Source: Candidatus Nomurabacteria bacterium
Lineage (GTDB): Bacteria; Patescibacteriota; Minisyncoccia; Phycocordibacterales; UBA918
NCBI GenBank assembly: GCA_023898565.1
Contig: CP060228.1
Coordinates: 25,448 to 89,447 of the forward strand
Direction of reading: 5' to 3'
DNA: 64,000 nucleotides
Positions 35,989-45,752 of the stretch are shown one piece after another; the stretch's first letter is position 1; every line of letters starts with the position of its first letter. The notes beneath the pieces are model-generated. The model was given only the letters and a program-made list of their open reading frames with translations, was not told the origin of the DNA and did no database searches. Position numbers and translations under genes: made by a program.

Positions 35989-37452
35989 TCACCTCCTGTA
36001 GCCCTTGGTCCAGTCACCACCAAATGTGACGCCAACACGAATGCCGGCTCGCGTTTCACTGCGTCCGTCGAAGCGACTCGGCACCGGCACTGTATAGATT
36101 CGGTGCTCGAGATACACTTCAGCAAACTTTCTACCCCACTGCACTCCTGGTTGTAGCTCAGCATACAGACCGTAGCTCGCCGTGAGCGAAATTTGGTTAT
36201 TCCACCACTTTTCGTCATTTGGTGATTCCACGAAACCAATCTGTACACCTGGCCCATGCTTGAATGATCCAGCCGTCGGAAAAAGAATACGCTGGTTTAC
36301 GTACCCACGAAGCACAAAATCATCTTCGCCAAACGGCTGACCCGACACGGGGTTGATGGCTTGATTTGGCACCTCCCCCGCAAAGGACTTACTCAATGTC
36401 ACGAAGACACTCCACGGCGCGTCAAAACTTGTGAGAACGACACCTTCCTTGAGAATATTGTCGACACGATCACGTTGCGGCCAGTACAGCCTCATCGTGC
36501 CCGCGAACGACGCACGATCTTCTGGAGCAATATCCCAGTCAATCGCCACATCATTTGAAACAGTGCCTGGTTTCCGTTTTCCGAAGAAAAAGGTCACCGT
36601 GTCTACCTGGTCAAACTCTGGCGCCTCGAGATCGAGGAACATTTGTTCAAACCATGGCAACTTCGGCGCGCACAATCCTGAGGTGGATGTCTCAGCAACG
36701 TTGATAGGCCGTTTTGTAAATGCGGCCGCCCGATCGTATGCCGGAGCAAATCCTGCAATGAACGGCTGCTCGTACTCCGAGACAGAATCATTACTACCAG
36801 ATTCGGGACGATACTTTGGCGCCGTTCCACAGCGGTTGTAGCTGGAGATTGAGTACTGATCGACAAATTTATCGAGCGCCGACATGTAACGTCCTGCTTC
36901 TCCCAATACCTGCCCTTTACCATCAGCACGATTGAAGTTCACCTCAAAGAGCACACCGCTGTGAGCGTGATCAAAGAGACTGTGAATGTGACGCAATGCT
37001 GCAATTGCCTCTTCGGGCGTGTTGCCTTTTGCGTACATTCCCCACGGATGCCAAGAGGCATCTACCTCATGCAGTGGTCGAAGTACAATCTGCTTGTCCG
37101 CGCGACTGATAGCCGCCGCCAGATTGTTAAGATCAGGATCAAACCTCCCTTGCGCAATCCGACGAAGCAATCCCTCGCCCTGTTTATCGTCGATGATAAG
37201 CACCAAGATGAGATCATATCCTGCATCGAGATACTTTGCTTTTACCCACGACAGCGGTGCTCTCCGATTAACATCTGAGAGCAAGTTGTAGTAGACCGTG
37301 GCACACTTGATACCCAGTTCTTCCATGCGCTTGATATGCTCAGTGGAAGTCCATGCACTATCTTTTGCCAAACACGGCCGCGGCACACTCGCCTCCGCAA
37401 AAAGCGGAAACAAAAGCAGCGCAGCAAAGAGTGCTACCAGTAGCTTTTTCAT
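35989..37452 (-). CDS. Secreted protein with a signal peptide, an N-terminal glycoside-hydrolase-like domain and a C-terminal beta-rich (barrel-like) domain
   Basis: MKKLLVALFAALLLFPLFAEA signal peptide. HPWGMY...FEVNFN segment. Alternating hydrophobic beta pattern at the C-terminus. Confidence 0.45.
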   Translation of the reverse strand: MKKLLVALFAALLLFPLFAEASVPRPCLAKDSAWTSTEHIKRMEELGIKCATVYYNLLSDVNRRAPLSWVKAKYLDAGYDLILVLIIDDKQGEGLLRRIAQGRFDPDLNNLAAAISRADKQIVLRPLHEVDASWHPWGMYAKGNTPEEAIAALRHIHSLFDHAHSGVLFEVNFNRADGKGQVLGEAGRYMSALDKFVDQYSISSYNRCGTAPKYRPESGSNDSVSEYEQPFIAGFAPAYDRAAAFTKRPINVAETSTSGLCAPKLPWFEQMFLDLEAPEFDQVDTVTFFFGKRKPGTVSNDVAIDWDIAPEDRASFAGTMRLYWPQRDRVDNILKEGVVLTSFDAPWSVFVTLSKSFAGEVPNQAINPVSGQPFGEDDFVLRGYVNQRILFPTAGSFKHGPGVQIGFVESPNDEKWWNNQISLTASYGLYAELQPGVQWGRKFAEVYLEHRIYTVPVPSRFDGRSETRAGIRVGVTFGGDWTKGYRR

Positions 37453-37555
37453 GACATTCCTCCATGAAGACAGTCATATAAGTTGTAAAGAACAAACAAA
37501 CAGCTCATTACAAGCTATTTTTACTAGATTACAATACAACTAATTATCGACTTAG

Positions 37556-40500
37556 TCAATTATCTGCTGAAGCTTCGACTTCGGCGGTCTCTACTGGAGG
37601 TTCTGGCTCTACAGTGGCAGATGGGACCGTCTCTTCCATTTGTTCATACGTATCAGCCTTAGCATCAAAAGAATCTTCCTCCCCAAGCATTTCGACAGCA
37701 CCCGCGCCAACTTCTTGCGCCGTCTCCTCGGCTACCGATACCGAACTTGATGCTGATTCAAACACATCATCCAACACTCTTTCAACACTCGTAGTAGCAG
37801 TCACACTCTCTTCCTCAGCATGCTGAGTATCAGTATTAGAAGAAGCACCTATCGACGCTGAATCAGCTTCACTGTCTGAATCATTCGAAGCGTTAATTGC
37901 AGCTTCCAACGACGACACACGCACTTCAAGTTCAGCAATCTTCTGCTGATTGCCAGTCACGGTCTGCCATATTTCTTTCACTGCCTCCACCACAACGGCG
38001 AGTAAGTTGGCAGTATTGAGTGACCAATAGTCACCTCCTTTACGTACCACTTCAGGCACCACTTCATCTACCTCTTGTGCAATAAATCCGATTTCTTCTT
38101 GATCACCAAATCGTTCGTGATCTTTCCACTCATAGCGTACGCCACGAAGCTGAAGTAGTTTCTCTAAAGCTCCATCGAGGCTCTCAATATTTTGCTTTAA
38201 TCGACGATCAGACGGATTGCGAATAATATTACCGTTTGCATCAGTAGCCAGCGTAGTTGCACCACCGAGCAACACGGAAGATTGCACTGTGCCAATCACA
38301 TCGAGTGCCTGGTCAGGAGAAGTCGTTCCAATTCCCACATAACCATTGGTATCGATGGTGAGTCGCGAAGTGTTATTGGTCTGGAAACGAAGTTGATGAT
38401 TTGAAAAGGTACCAAAAAATCCTTGGTAGTCCTCTGCGCGCATATCGAAAATAACATTGTTGGTAGTATCACGGAACCGTGCACCAGCTCCTGACGGCGC
38501 CACAATGTTAAGCAGTCGGCTATCAGTGCTACTGCCGATACTGATCCGCCCATCGTAACGTAGGCCGCCAACCGTACTTGACGCAATCCACTTGTCATTA
38601 AAGAGAGGGGCGATACTTTCTGTAACACCGTCGTTGCCAACCTTGATAATGGAATCTTCTTCGATAATGAAGTGATCGTTACCACCATCATCGCGATACG
38701 CTTCATTTACTCCCCATAGTTGCCCATCTACTTTTACGTATGAAGCATTTGTCACGCGCACACCTGTCAGCGGTGCAAGCGGCGGGTTGCCACTATCATC
38801 CACACCAATAATCTGCGAGAGGCCATTAATAAAGACGGGCGCCACCTTCTCTGATGTCGTACCAATAATTGCCACACCAGCATATGGAGTCTCGGTGCCG
38901 CCACTGAGATTGGCGCCGTCACGACGGGTCAAAAGACCATTAAAGGTTACAGTAGTAGTACCAGTAAGCGAGATGCGTACTCCATGACGGTCGTTGCGGT
39001 CGGTTGAAAAGTCAGTAAACATGAGTCCCCCATTGGCAGATGAGCCATCAATGTACAAGCCAGTCAGACCATTAAACACTGCACGAGAGTTGTTGATCTT
39101 TGTTTCACCCATTGATGAAAGATAGATACCGCGTAGCGCATTACCGACAGAAAGCAAGTCTTCAATGTATGAGTCATTGAGTGCAGTAGCACGAAAACCA
39201 TGCCCATCAGCACTGTAGATAGAAAGTCCGCGAATCGTAAATCCGCGTGGATTACCGCTACCGGCACCCACCGCTGATTCAAAACCATTACCGGTCACTT
39301 GAGAAATATCGACATCAGTCAGTTTCCAATCACGCACCAAGCCTTCAAAGTAAACACCATCCACGTCCGTACTGGCCGACCCACCATCGAGACTCAGATA
39401 CTCTAAGCGCCCACCGTTGTTATTGTTGACTTCGCCGGAAATTGCTTTATCGCGCACATGAATCATGGCCACTCCTGAGAAGCTGCCGAAATCTGCACGA
39501 ATTGAGCTGCGCGGGGTACTTGAGTATGACCAACGCGGCGAATATGCACCGCGGAGCGTCACTGGCCGATCAAGTATGATTGGACTTGAAATACGATATT
39601 GCCCCATCGGAAAAAACACGGTGCCACCGTCGCCACAGGCGGCGATTGCGGCAGCAATCGCCGCGTCATTGATAGTGGAATTATCTCCGACAGCGCCATA
39701 TGCCTCCACGTTACACACCTCACCACCAAGATCAACAATGCGTGCAGTCGTGGTACCTGCCAAAATAGTACCAGCTACGGTCAAAGTAGCTGACGGAGTG
39801 GTTGTGCCAATCCCAACGCTACCAGTTGACCGAAATACATCAGTGCCATTGCCTTGCCAAGTGCTTGCAGTAGAGCTAGAGAGGGCTTGCCCATTCCAAT
39901 ATAAATCGCCGTTTACGTTGTACAATCGATTAGCCACGCTTGTTGGTGCAGTCGCTCCTAAATAAAGCGCACCTGCCACAGCCAGTACGTCAGACGGGCT
40001 AGAGGTGCCAACTCCGAGCCAGCCAGTTGTATACGTTGTTCCCCCTAAAATTGCATCAGTGAGCTGTGGACTTGAAAAATCTCCGTCAGACAAAACCGAA
40101 TCAAATCGATTACCAACAGTATCGTAGATTTTATCTACTGATTTAATAACATAATCTCGATCAGCACCTCCGGCAGAGCCTTTCACAGATAACGGAACAG
40201 CTGCTTGGTGCGGCAAAGAGTTAATATACATCAACACCTGTGTGATTCTCTCATTGAGACGCGCTTCTGTAACACCAGCGTACGACACTACCAGCTGCTG
40301 GCTCTCGAGAGTTTCATTCACCACGGGATACGACGATGTTGCTGCGGGTAATTCATCTGAAACTGGGCTAGTGACTACCGGCGGACGCACTACTACATCA
40401 AGCACTTCTGCATCACTAGTTACCACCTCAACTCGAACAGTAGTCTGGCAAAAACCAAGTGGACGCACTACCCACCCGAAAGCCGTACAAAAAAGACTGT

Positions 40501-40588
40501 CAGTTGATTCATCAGCATCAGCAAAAACTGGCGACACCAGTCCCACAAACACAACAACCAACGCAAGAAGCGAGTTAACAACCTTCAT
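37556..40588 (-). CDS. Large secreted right-handed beta-helix (pectate-lyase/tailspike-like) protein with a C-terminal intramolecular chaperone (peptidase S74 / endosialidase-chaperone) domain and an acidic tail
   Basis: Signal peptide. GDGGTVFFPMGQYRISSPIIL pectate_lyase_3-like. SDRRLKQNIESLDGALEKLLQLRGVRYEWKD...IGFIAQEVDEVVPEVV chaperone-of-endosialidase signature. Confidence 0.7.
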   Translation of the reverse strand: MKVVNSLLALVVVFVGLVSPVFADADESTDSLFCTAFGWVVRPLGFCQTTVRVEVVTSDAEVLDVVVRPPVVTSPVSDELPAATSSYPVVNETLESQQLVVSYAGVTEARLNERITQVLMYINSLPHQAAVPLSVKGSAGGADRDYVIKSVDKIYDTVGNRFDSVLSDGDFSSPQLTDAILGGTTYTTGWLGVGTSSPSDVLAVAGALYLGATAPTSVANRLYNVNGDLYWNGQALSSSTASTWQGNGTDVFRSTGSVGIGTTTPSATLTVAGTILAGTTTARIVDLGGEVCNVEAYGAVGDNSTINDAAIAAAIAACGDGGTVFFPMGQYRISSPIILDRPVTLRGAYSPRWSYSSTPRSSIRADFGSFSGVAMIHVRDKAISGEVNNNNGGRLEYLSLDGGSASTDVDGVYFEGLVRDWKLTDVDISQVTGNGFESAVGAGSGNPRGFTIRGLSIYSADGHGFRATALNDSYIEDLLSVGNALRGIYLSSMGETKINNSRAVFNGLTGLYIDGSSANGGLMFTDFSTDRNDRHGVRISLTGTTTVTFNGLLTRRDGANLSGGTETPYAGVAIIGTTSEKVAPVFINGLSQIIGVDDSGNPPLAPLTGVRVTNASYVKVDGQLWGVNEAYRDDGGNDHFIIEEDSIIKVGNDGVTESIAPLFNDKWIASSTVGGLRYDGRISIGSSTDSRLLNIVAPSGAGARFRDTTNNVIFDMRAEDYQGFFGTFSNHQLRFQTNNTSRLTIDTNGYVGIGTTSPDQALDVIGTVQSSVLLGGATTLATDANGNIIRNPSDRRLKQNIESLDGALEKLLQLRGVRYEWKDHERFGDQEEIGFIAQEVDEVVPEVVRKGGDYWSLNTANLLAVVVEAVKEIWQTVTGNQQKIAELEVRVSSLEAAINASNDSDSEADSASIGASSNTDTQHAEEESVTATTSVERVLDDVFESASSSVSVAEETAQEVGAGAVEMLGEEDSFDAKADTYEQMEETVPSATVEPEPPVETAEVEASADN

Positions 40589-40641
40589 CTCTCCTATTGT
40601 ACCAAGTACAGTAAATCGTGCCGAAGAAAGTGGGTACAGCG

Positions 40642-42162
40642 CTAGGCCACACCAGGGAAAAAATCACGAACAATTCGGCTTTTTGCCACACCCATACCAC
40701 GCAAAAGCTTTGTGTAAGCATCTACCATACCTGGAGGACCAGAGAGATACCACGTGCGTTCAAGATAATCAGGCGTACGACGCTTTACCATTTCCTCCGT
40801 TAGATACCCAGATTCGTATGGCTGAGAGACCTCTTCTTTCGCCACCACAGGGATAAGCTCGAGCTGTACCGTACGCATCACACGTCCAAACACCTGTGAA
40901 TACGCCAGTTCATTCATCATATTTACGCAATAGTACAGCGCCACATCACGGGGTTGATCAGCGTCTGCCAAGTATTGTAAATGACTACGAAATGGGGTCA
41001 CGCCAATACCACCAGCGACAAACGCTAATTTTTCCGTTGAATCTTTCGGTAATAAAAAATCTCCTGCTAATTGACTGGCAATGATTTTTTCACCAACGTC
41101 CAGCTTGAGCAGCTCACGTTTATACGAACTGCCGTTTTCCGTTATTTTGAAAGCCATGCGCACTTTGCTTTCTGTCGGAGCAGCTGCAATTGTAAAGTAA
41201 CGGCGAATACCCTTACTGTCTGATTTTTCATGGGGAAACATCCACTCTAGATACTGACCGGCTTTAAACGTAAAACCAGCTGGTTTCTTGAATACAAATT
41301 CATATGTGTTGGCGGCGATACGTTCTTTTGATTCAAACTCAAGATAGAGCTTACGACGCAACCTGGCTGGCAGCATAAAAATGTTGCCGATAATGAGCGC
41401 CAACTCTGGCGAAAAACTAACCAATGAGCTGTTTGAAAGAAAACCAACAAGACCTCCGTAGAGCGTCTGTGGCCCCTTTGTCGCCGGCATCGTAAACGGC
41501 TCAGTAAGCATGTAAAAGGCCAGGAAAAGCGTCGGCCATGACAAGAAAAAAGTACGTAGTGCATCTGGAATCAGCAAACCATAGCTGTACCCCTCAGCCA
41601 CATAAATGACTACACTCACTAACACAAACGCTATTACCGGCACCCACTTACGCACCTTCATCACCACCAAAACACCAGTAATTATGAGCGGAACAAACAG
41701 CGCCGGATTAGCTACCCACCAACTAAACGTGTACACGCCTGTCACACTAAGTGCTGCAGCGCCAACGGCCGCTGGATTCATAAAGTGTTGCCGCCGGTAT
41801 ACAAAAATGAACTTTGACAGAATCGCAATCGTCACTGCTGCCACCAGCGGCCAATTTGAAAGAACATCTTCCTCAGGGATGGTAAGGAAGAAAAGTATAA
41901 AGGCTGTAATCACCGCAGATTCATGATTGACGGGAATGTTGGTGACAAGAGCAATAATCCAGTTAAGTGACAGTGCCACCAGCAATGCCAGCAATAATGC
42001 AAACAGTTGACCGAGTCCACTGTACGCTAAAAAGCCACTGAACCCAGCTACAATGGAACAAAACGCCAACGCAACCAATGAACCGAGCACCAAGCGGTAC
42101 ATACCAATTCCATCAACGAAGTGCTGTAGTGAGCGATATGGCTTTGTAATAATGTGCATCAT
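40642..42162 (-). CDS. Polytopic membrane domain fused to a ferredoxin-NADP-reductase-like FAD/NAD(P)-binding oxidoreductase domain
   Basis: About 270 aa of TM helices, then FTFKAGQYLEW...RRYFTIAAAP (FAD binding), GGIGVTPFRS, YLSGPPGMVDA (NAD binding). Confidence 0.6.
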   Translation of the reverse strand: MMHIITKPYRSLQHFVDGIGMYRLVLGSLVALAFCSIVAGFSGFLAYSGLGQLFALLLALLVALSLNWIIALVTNIPVNHESAVITAFILFFLTIPEEDVLSNWPLVAAVTIAILSKFIFVYRRQHFMNPAAVGAAALSVTGVYTFSWWVANPALFVPLIITGVLVVMKVRKWVPVIAFVLVSVVIYVAEGYSYGLLIPDALRTFFLSWPTLFLAFYMLTEPFTMPATKGPQTLYGGLVGFLSNSSLVSFSPELALIIGNIFMLPARLRRKLYLEFESKERIAANTYEFVFKKPAGFTFKAGQYLEWMFPHEKSDSKGIRRYFTIAAAPTESKVRMAFKITENGSSYKRELLKLDVGEKIIASQLAGDFLLPKDSTEKLAFVAGGIGVTPFRSHLQYLADADQPRDVALYYCVNMMNELAYSQVFGRVMRTVQLELIPVVAKEEVSQPYESGYLTEEMVKRRTPDYLERTWYLSGPPGMVDAYTKLLRGMGVAKSRIVRDFFPGVA

Positions 42163-42236
42163 GCAGTGTAGTACTTAACGGTGATAATAGTTTCAGTATA
42201 CTACTACACCGTTTTACTGATTTAATTTCATTTACA

Positions 42237-42884
42237 ATGCCGTACATAATTGCCGTATTAGCCCTAGCAGTTGTTGGTGTAGGTTTTGCTCTTTCACACA
42301 ATCAGACTGACATAGCTGTCACTCAAAACACGGAAGCGACGGTAGCTGCTACCGAAGAAACTATTCCAAACCTCGTCTCAATTGATGATGAGTTAACTGA
42401 AGCACCAGAAACACCGATTGAAACCGAGGTTGTTATCGAAACAGAAAATACTGCCACCGTAGTAGCCAAGACTGAAATAACTTCTACACAAACGACACCC
42501 CAAACCAACACCATAGAACCAAACACTGCGACCACACCGAGTACGCCGGCCCCTGCAGCACCCACCCCAAGTACACCAGCTATTACGTATACATATGCAA
42601 ACGGTACCTACAATGCTACCCGCAGTTATCGCACACCAGATGGAAACTACAGCATGGATGTGAGCCTGACAGTCAGCAACGATACAGTTACCGCTGTAGA
42701 CATTTCCTTTAGTGGCAAAGCAGCTCGCGATAGCTACACCAAGCGCTTTTTAAAGAGTTATGAAGGTGGCGTTGTTGGGAAAGACCTTGAAAACGTTGAC
42801 CTCGCTCGAGTTGGTGGCGCTTCACTAACAACAAACGCCTTTAACGTAGCAATCGACAGTATCAGGGCACAAGCTATCCTCTAG
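42237..42884 (+). CDS. Extracytoplasmic FMN-binding-domain protein (N-terminal anchor/signal, Thr/Pro-rich linker)
   Basis: C-terminal VDLARVGGASLTTNAFNVAI resembles the FMN_bind D..SGAT(I/L)(S/T) flavinylation motif. Confidence 0.5.
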   Translation: MPYIIAVLALAVVGVGFALSHNQTDIAVTQNTEATVAATEETIPNLVSIDDELTEAPETPIETEVVIETENTATVVAKTEITSTQTTPQTNTIEPNTATTPSTPAPAAPTPSTPAITYTYANGTYNATRSYRTPDGNYSMDVSLTVSNDTVTAVDISFSGKAARDSYTKRFLKSYEGGVVGKDLENVDLARVGGASLTTNAFNVAIDSIRAQAIL

Positions 42885-42959
42885 GTACAGATTTGGTTTT
42901 TCTTACGAATGTATTACTATACTAGTGTTGTTAGTTTAATTTTTAAACCATTACCACGT

Positions 42960-43394
42960 ATGTCGTACATTATTGGTATTATCGTCATAGCTGTTGTCGC
43001 GATTGGATTCACCCTTACGAGGAACGGTGATATACCACCGAGTCAAACAGAGGTTGCTACCTCCGAAACGGTCACCAGAGAAACGTCTGGCGATGCTGTT
43101 GCCACGATTACAGACGGCACACACAGCACATCAGTTACCTATTTCACACCAGCACGCAACGAGTATTTGCTGGACGTAACACTCATCACCGAAAACGGGA
43201 TAATCACTGACGCGAACGTGGCATATAGCCAAGGAGCAGAAAAGGACCCGAATGCACAACGCTTTGAAGCGGCATACAAAGAGGTTGTTATTGGCCAATC
43301 AATTTCTGACCTTGAAGTATCACGCGTTGGCGGAGCCTCACTCACTAGCGCAGCCTTCAACGAAGCGCTTGCCAAGATTCGATCTGAAGCATAA
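42960..43394 (+). CDS. Extracytoplasmic FMN-binding-domain protein (paralogue)
   Basis: LEVSRVGGASLTSAAFNEAL. N-terminal MSYIIGIIVIAVVAIGF anchor parallels the upstream gene. Confidence 0.5.
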   Translation: MSYIIGIIVIAVVAIGFTLTRNGDIPPSQTEVATSETVTRETSGDAVATITDGTHSTSVTYFTPARNEYLLDVTLITENGIITDANVAYSQGAEKDPNAQRFEAAYKEVVIGQSISDLEVSRVGGASLTSAAFNEALAKIRSEA

Positions 43395-43403
43395 AGTTAG
43401 CAC

Positions 43404-44273
43404 ATGACTCATGAATTCGAGGCGCTCGGCACCAAGTGGTGGATTACCATCTTTGGCGACGCTTCGAAGGAAACGCTCGAGGCGGCCTTTGGCCGCCTCG
43501 AGCGTTTTACACGTGAATACGAAATGCGCTACTCACGATTTCGTACTGACTCACTCATCAGCAAACTTAATACCCAACGGAAATTTGAAGCGCCAGATGA
43601 GGCATTCCGCACCCTTCTTGAGTTCGGCAAAGGCCTTTACCTACGCACAAACACCAACTTCAATCTTTTGACCGGAAACATTCTTGAAGCCCGCGGCTAT
43701 AACGCTGACTACACATTCACACCATCCAACCCTGAACGAGAAACAGCCGGAAACCCTATAACCGACTTACAAATTACATTAGAAAAAATCACTCTCGCTC
43801 ATGGGAAGGTTGACATTGGCGGATACGGCAAAGGATACTTGATTGATGAACTGGCAAGAATTCTTCAAGAAGAATTCTTGCTGCCCTACTTTTTAATCAA
43901 TGGCGGCGGTGACATGTTCGTGAGTAGTAACTGTAATAAGCCAGTTGAAATCTATCTCGAACACCCGACTGCTCCAAAAAAGTATATCCACACCACCCTA
44001 CTACACAACCAAGGCTTCGCAGCATCTAGTCCCTTTAAACGTATCTGGAAATCAGCCGACCAAACCTTCACACACATCATCACCAATCACACCGCACCAA
44101 AAGTTGCCTCGTTTGTGAAAGCTTCTTCAGCACGAGATGCCGACGCCTTTGCCACCACAGCTCTTCTCTTGCATGAAACTGAATTAGTAAAGCTTGCCCA
44201 CGAGGAACACTTCAGTATTGCACGCTTCAATCCAGAAACAAGTCAGCTCTGGCAAACAACAAACTTTACGTAA
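43404..44273 (+). CDS. apbE: ApbE-family FAD:protein FMN transferase
   Basis: DIGGYGKGYLIDE ApbE signature. Size 289 aa. Confidence 0.7.
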   Translation: MTHEFEALGTKWWITIFGDASKETLEAAFGRLERFTREYEMRYSRFRTDSLISKLNTQRKFEAPDEAFRTLLEFGKGLYLRTNTNFNLLTGNILEARGYNADYTFTPSNPERETAGNPITDLQITLEKITLAHGKVDIGGYGKGYLIDELARILQEEFLLPYFLINGGGDMFVSSNCNKPVEIYLEHPTAPKKYIHTTLLHNQGFAASSPFKRIWKSADQTFTHIITNHTAPKVASFVKASSARDADAFATTALLLHETELVKLAHEEHFSIARFNPETSQLWQTTNFT

Positions 44274-44310
44274 AAAAAACTCAGGCTTTCGCCTGAGTTT
44301 TATTGAATGT

Positions 44311-44955
44311 TTATTTCATATCGGGAAGATGAATGGCTGCCCAAACATGATCACCGTCGGGTATCACCTCAGTACTGTGAAGCTGCAGCGACAAATTTTG
44401 CCCAGTACGCGTAACACCGAGCACAAATCGCCGGCCGTGTACAAGCACCGGCTTCATGAAAAAGATTACTTCTCGACCCAGCGGAAGCTTATCTCCATAG
44501 TGCAACACAACCGTGAACACGATGTCGAGAGAACACTCTGAAAGCTGATGCGACTGCAGACCGTTTCGAACCAGCGGAATCGTCGCAACCCCACCACACA
44601 GGTCTACCGTTTCCATTAAATACAACTGGGAGAAACATGCGGTACCATTCACCTCCCCCAGTTCAATGAGTTTAAATACTAAAGGGTCGAGAGGGGTGAC
44701 ACACCCTTCTGCAACCGCTCTCCTGAAAGCTGCCAAGTACTGCGCTGCAGCACTATAGACACCCGTAACTTCAACATCGAATCCGGTCATGTGATCATAT
44801 CTGCCAACCACAGACTCTGCATGTCCGCTCATCGCTCTCGGATCTGCGATGGCGTAGCTGAGACCACGCAGCTGTGCAGGGGTTAGCACCAGTGTTCGAA
44901 GCATTGATTCAAACCCTCGAACAAATTGTGCGACAACATCATCATTTTTCAACAT
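44311..44955 (-). CDS. Hypothetical protein
   Basis: ORF only. Start chosen at MLKNDD. Confidence 0.35.
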   Translation of the reverse strand: MLKNDDVVAQFVRGFESMLRTLVLTPAQLRGLSYAIADPRAMSGHAESVVGRYDHMTGFDVEVTGVYSAAAQYLAAFRRAVAEGCVTPLDPLVFKLIELGEVNGTACFSQLYLMETVDLCGGVATIPLVRNGLQSHQLSECSLDIVFTVVLHYGDKLPLGREVIFFMKPVLVHGRRFVLGVTRTGQNLSLQLHSTEVIPDGDHVWAAIHLPDMK

Positions 44956-45100
44956 GACAATCTCCTTGTGACAAAAGTAGAAAGAACAATTTTTCGGCGA
45001 TTCAATCGCACCAATCGCTACTATGTCATAGATTAGCAATATTGCAAAAGCGGCGCGGACCGAAGGTCCGCGCCGCTGTTTCTTTTGTAAAAATAGTTAC

Positions 45101-45739
45101 CTATTCACCACTTTCCTCTTTCGCCATAATCATCGCTTTTACGCGCATGGTTGATACCACCGCGTCGCGATTGCGTTCATCGAGCTGCATCGTGATGAAC
45201 TTAATCGTGTCATTGAGATTTGGAATACGCACGTTCTCGAGCGCTGACACGCGACGGCGCGTCTTTTCGATTTCCTGCGCTAGGTTTTCCGCTGTCTTCT
45301 CAAGCTCAGCGAGCTTCAGGATATCGACAATCACCGCATCAAATTTCACCATGGCATTGTCGAGATCACCAGTGGTTTCGAGCATGCCGTAGGCAAATGC
45401 AGAGCCGTGCTTCTCGATGGTAAACTCAGGAATCTTCACTGACATCACGCTGTTTACCCTCACGCCAAGATCAATCTTGGCGTTTGGCACCATGAAGGCA
45501 GTGTTGAGCGCAGCTGCAGAAGTCATACCACTCGCCCGAGCGTATGAATCAAACGCTGAGCCAAGACGCGCCTCAACCGACTCACGCTTCGCCTTTGCCT
45601 CATAGATAATCGCCATGAATTTCTTCACGAGACCATCGCGCTTATCTTTGAGTAGCTTATGTCCCTTCTTCGCAGTCTTGAGTTCCTTCTTGAGTGAAAG
45701 GAGCGCAATGCGAGTGGGGTTAACTTTTAATATAGCCAT
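45101..45739 (-). CDS. atpD: V/A-type ATPase subunit D
   Basis: Coiled-coil 212 aa at the last position of the operon. Confidence 0.8.
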   Translation of the reverse strand: MAILKVNPTRIALLSLKKELKTAKKGHKLLKDKRDGLVKKFMAIIYEAKAKRESVEARLGSAFDSYARASGMTSAAALNTAFMVPNAKIDLGVRVNSVMSVKIPEFTIEKHGSAFAYGMLETTGDLDNAMVKFDAVIVDILKLAELEKTAENLAQEIEKTRRRVSALENVRIPNLNDTIKFITMQLDERNRDAVVSTMRVKAMIMAKEESGE

Positions 45740-45752
45740 AATTCAGAAGAAA

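Noticed and set aside
37614-37826. Ser/Ala/Thr-rich 70-aa ORF and other low-complexity ORFs antisense to the tailspike-like gene
   Set aside because: They are low-complexity antisense translation of the acidic or Ser/Thr-rich coding region.
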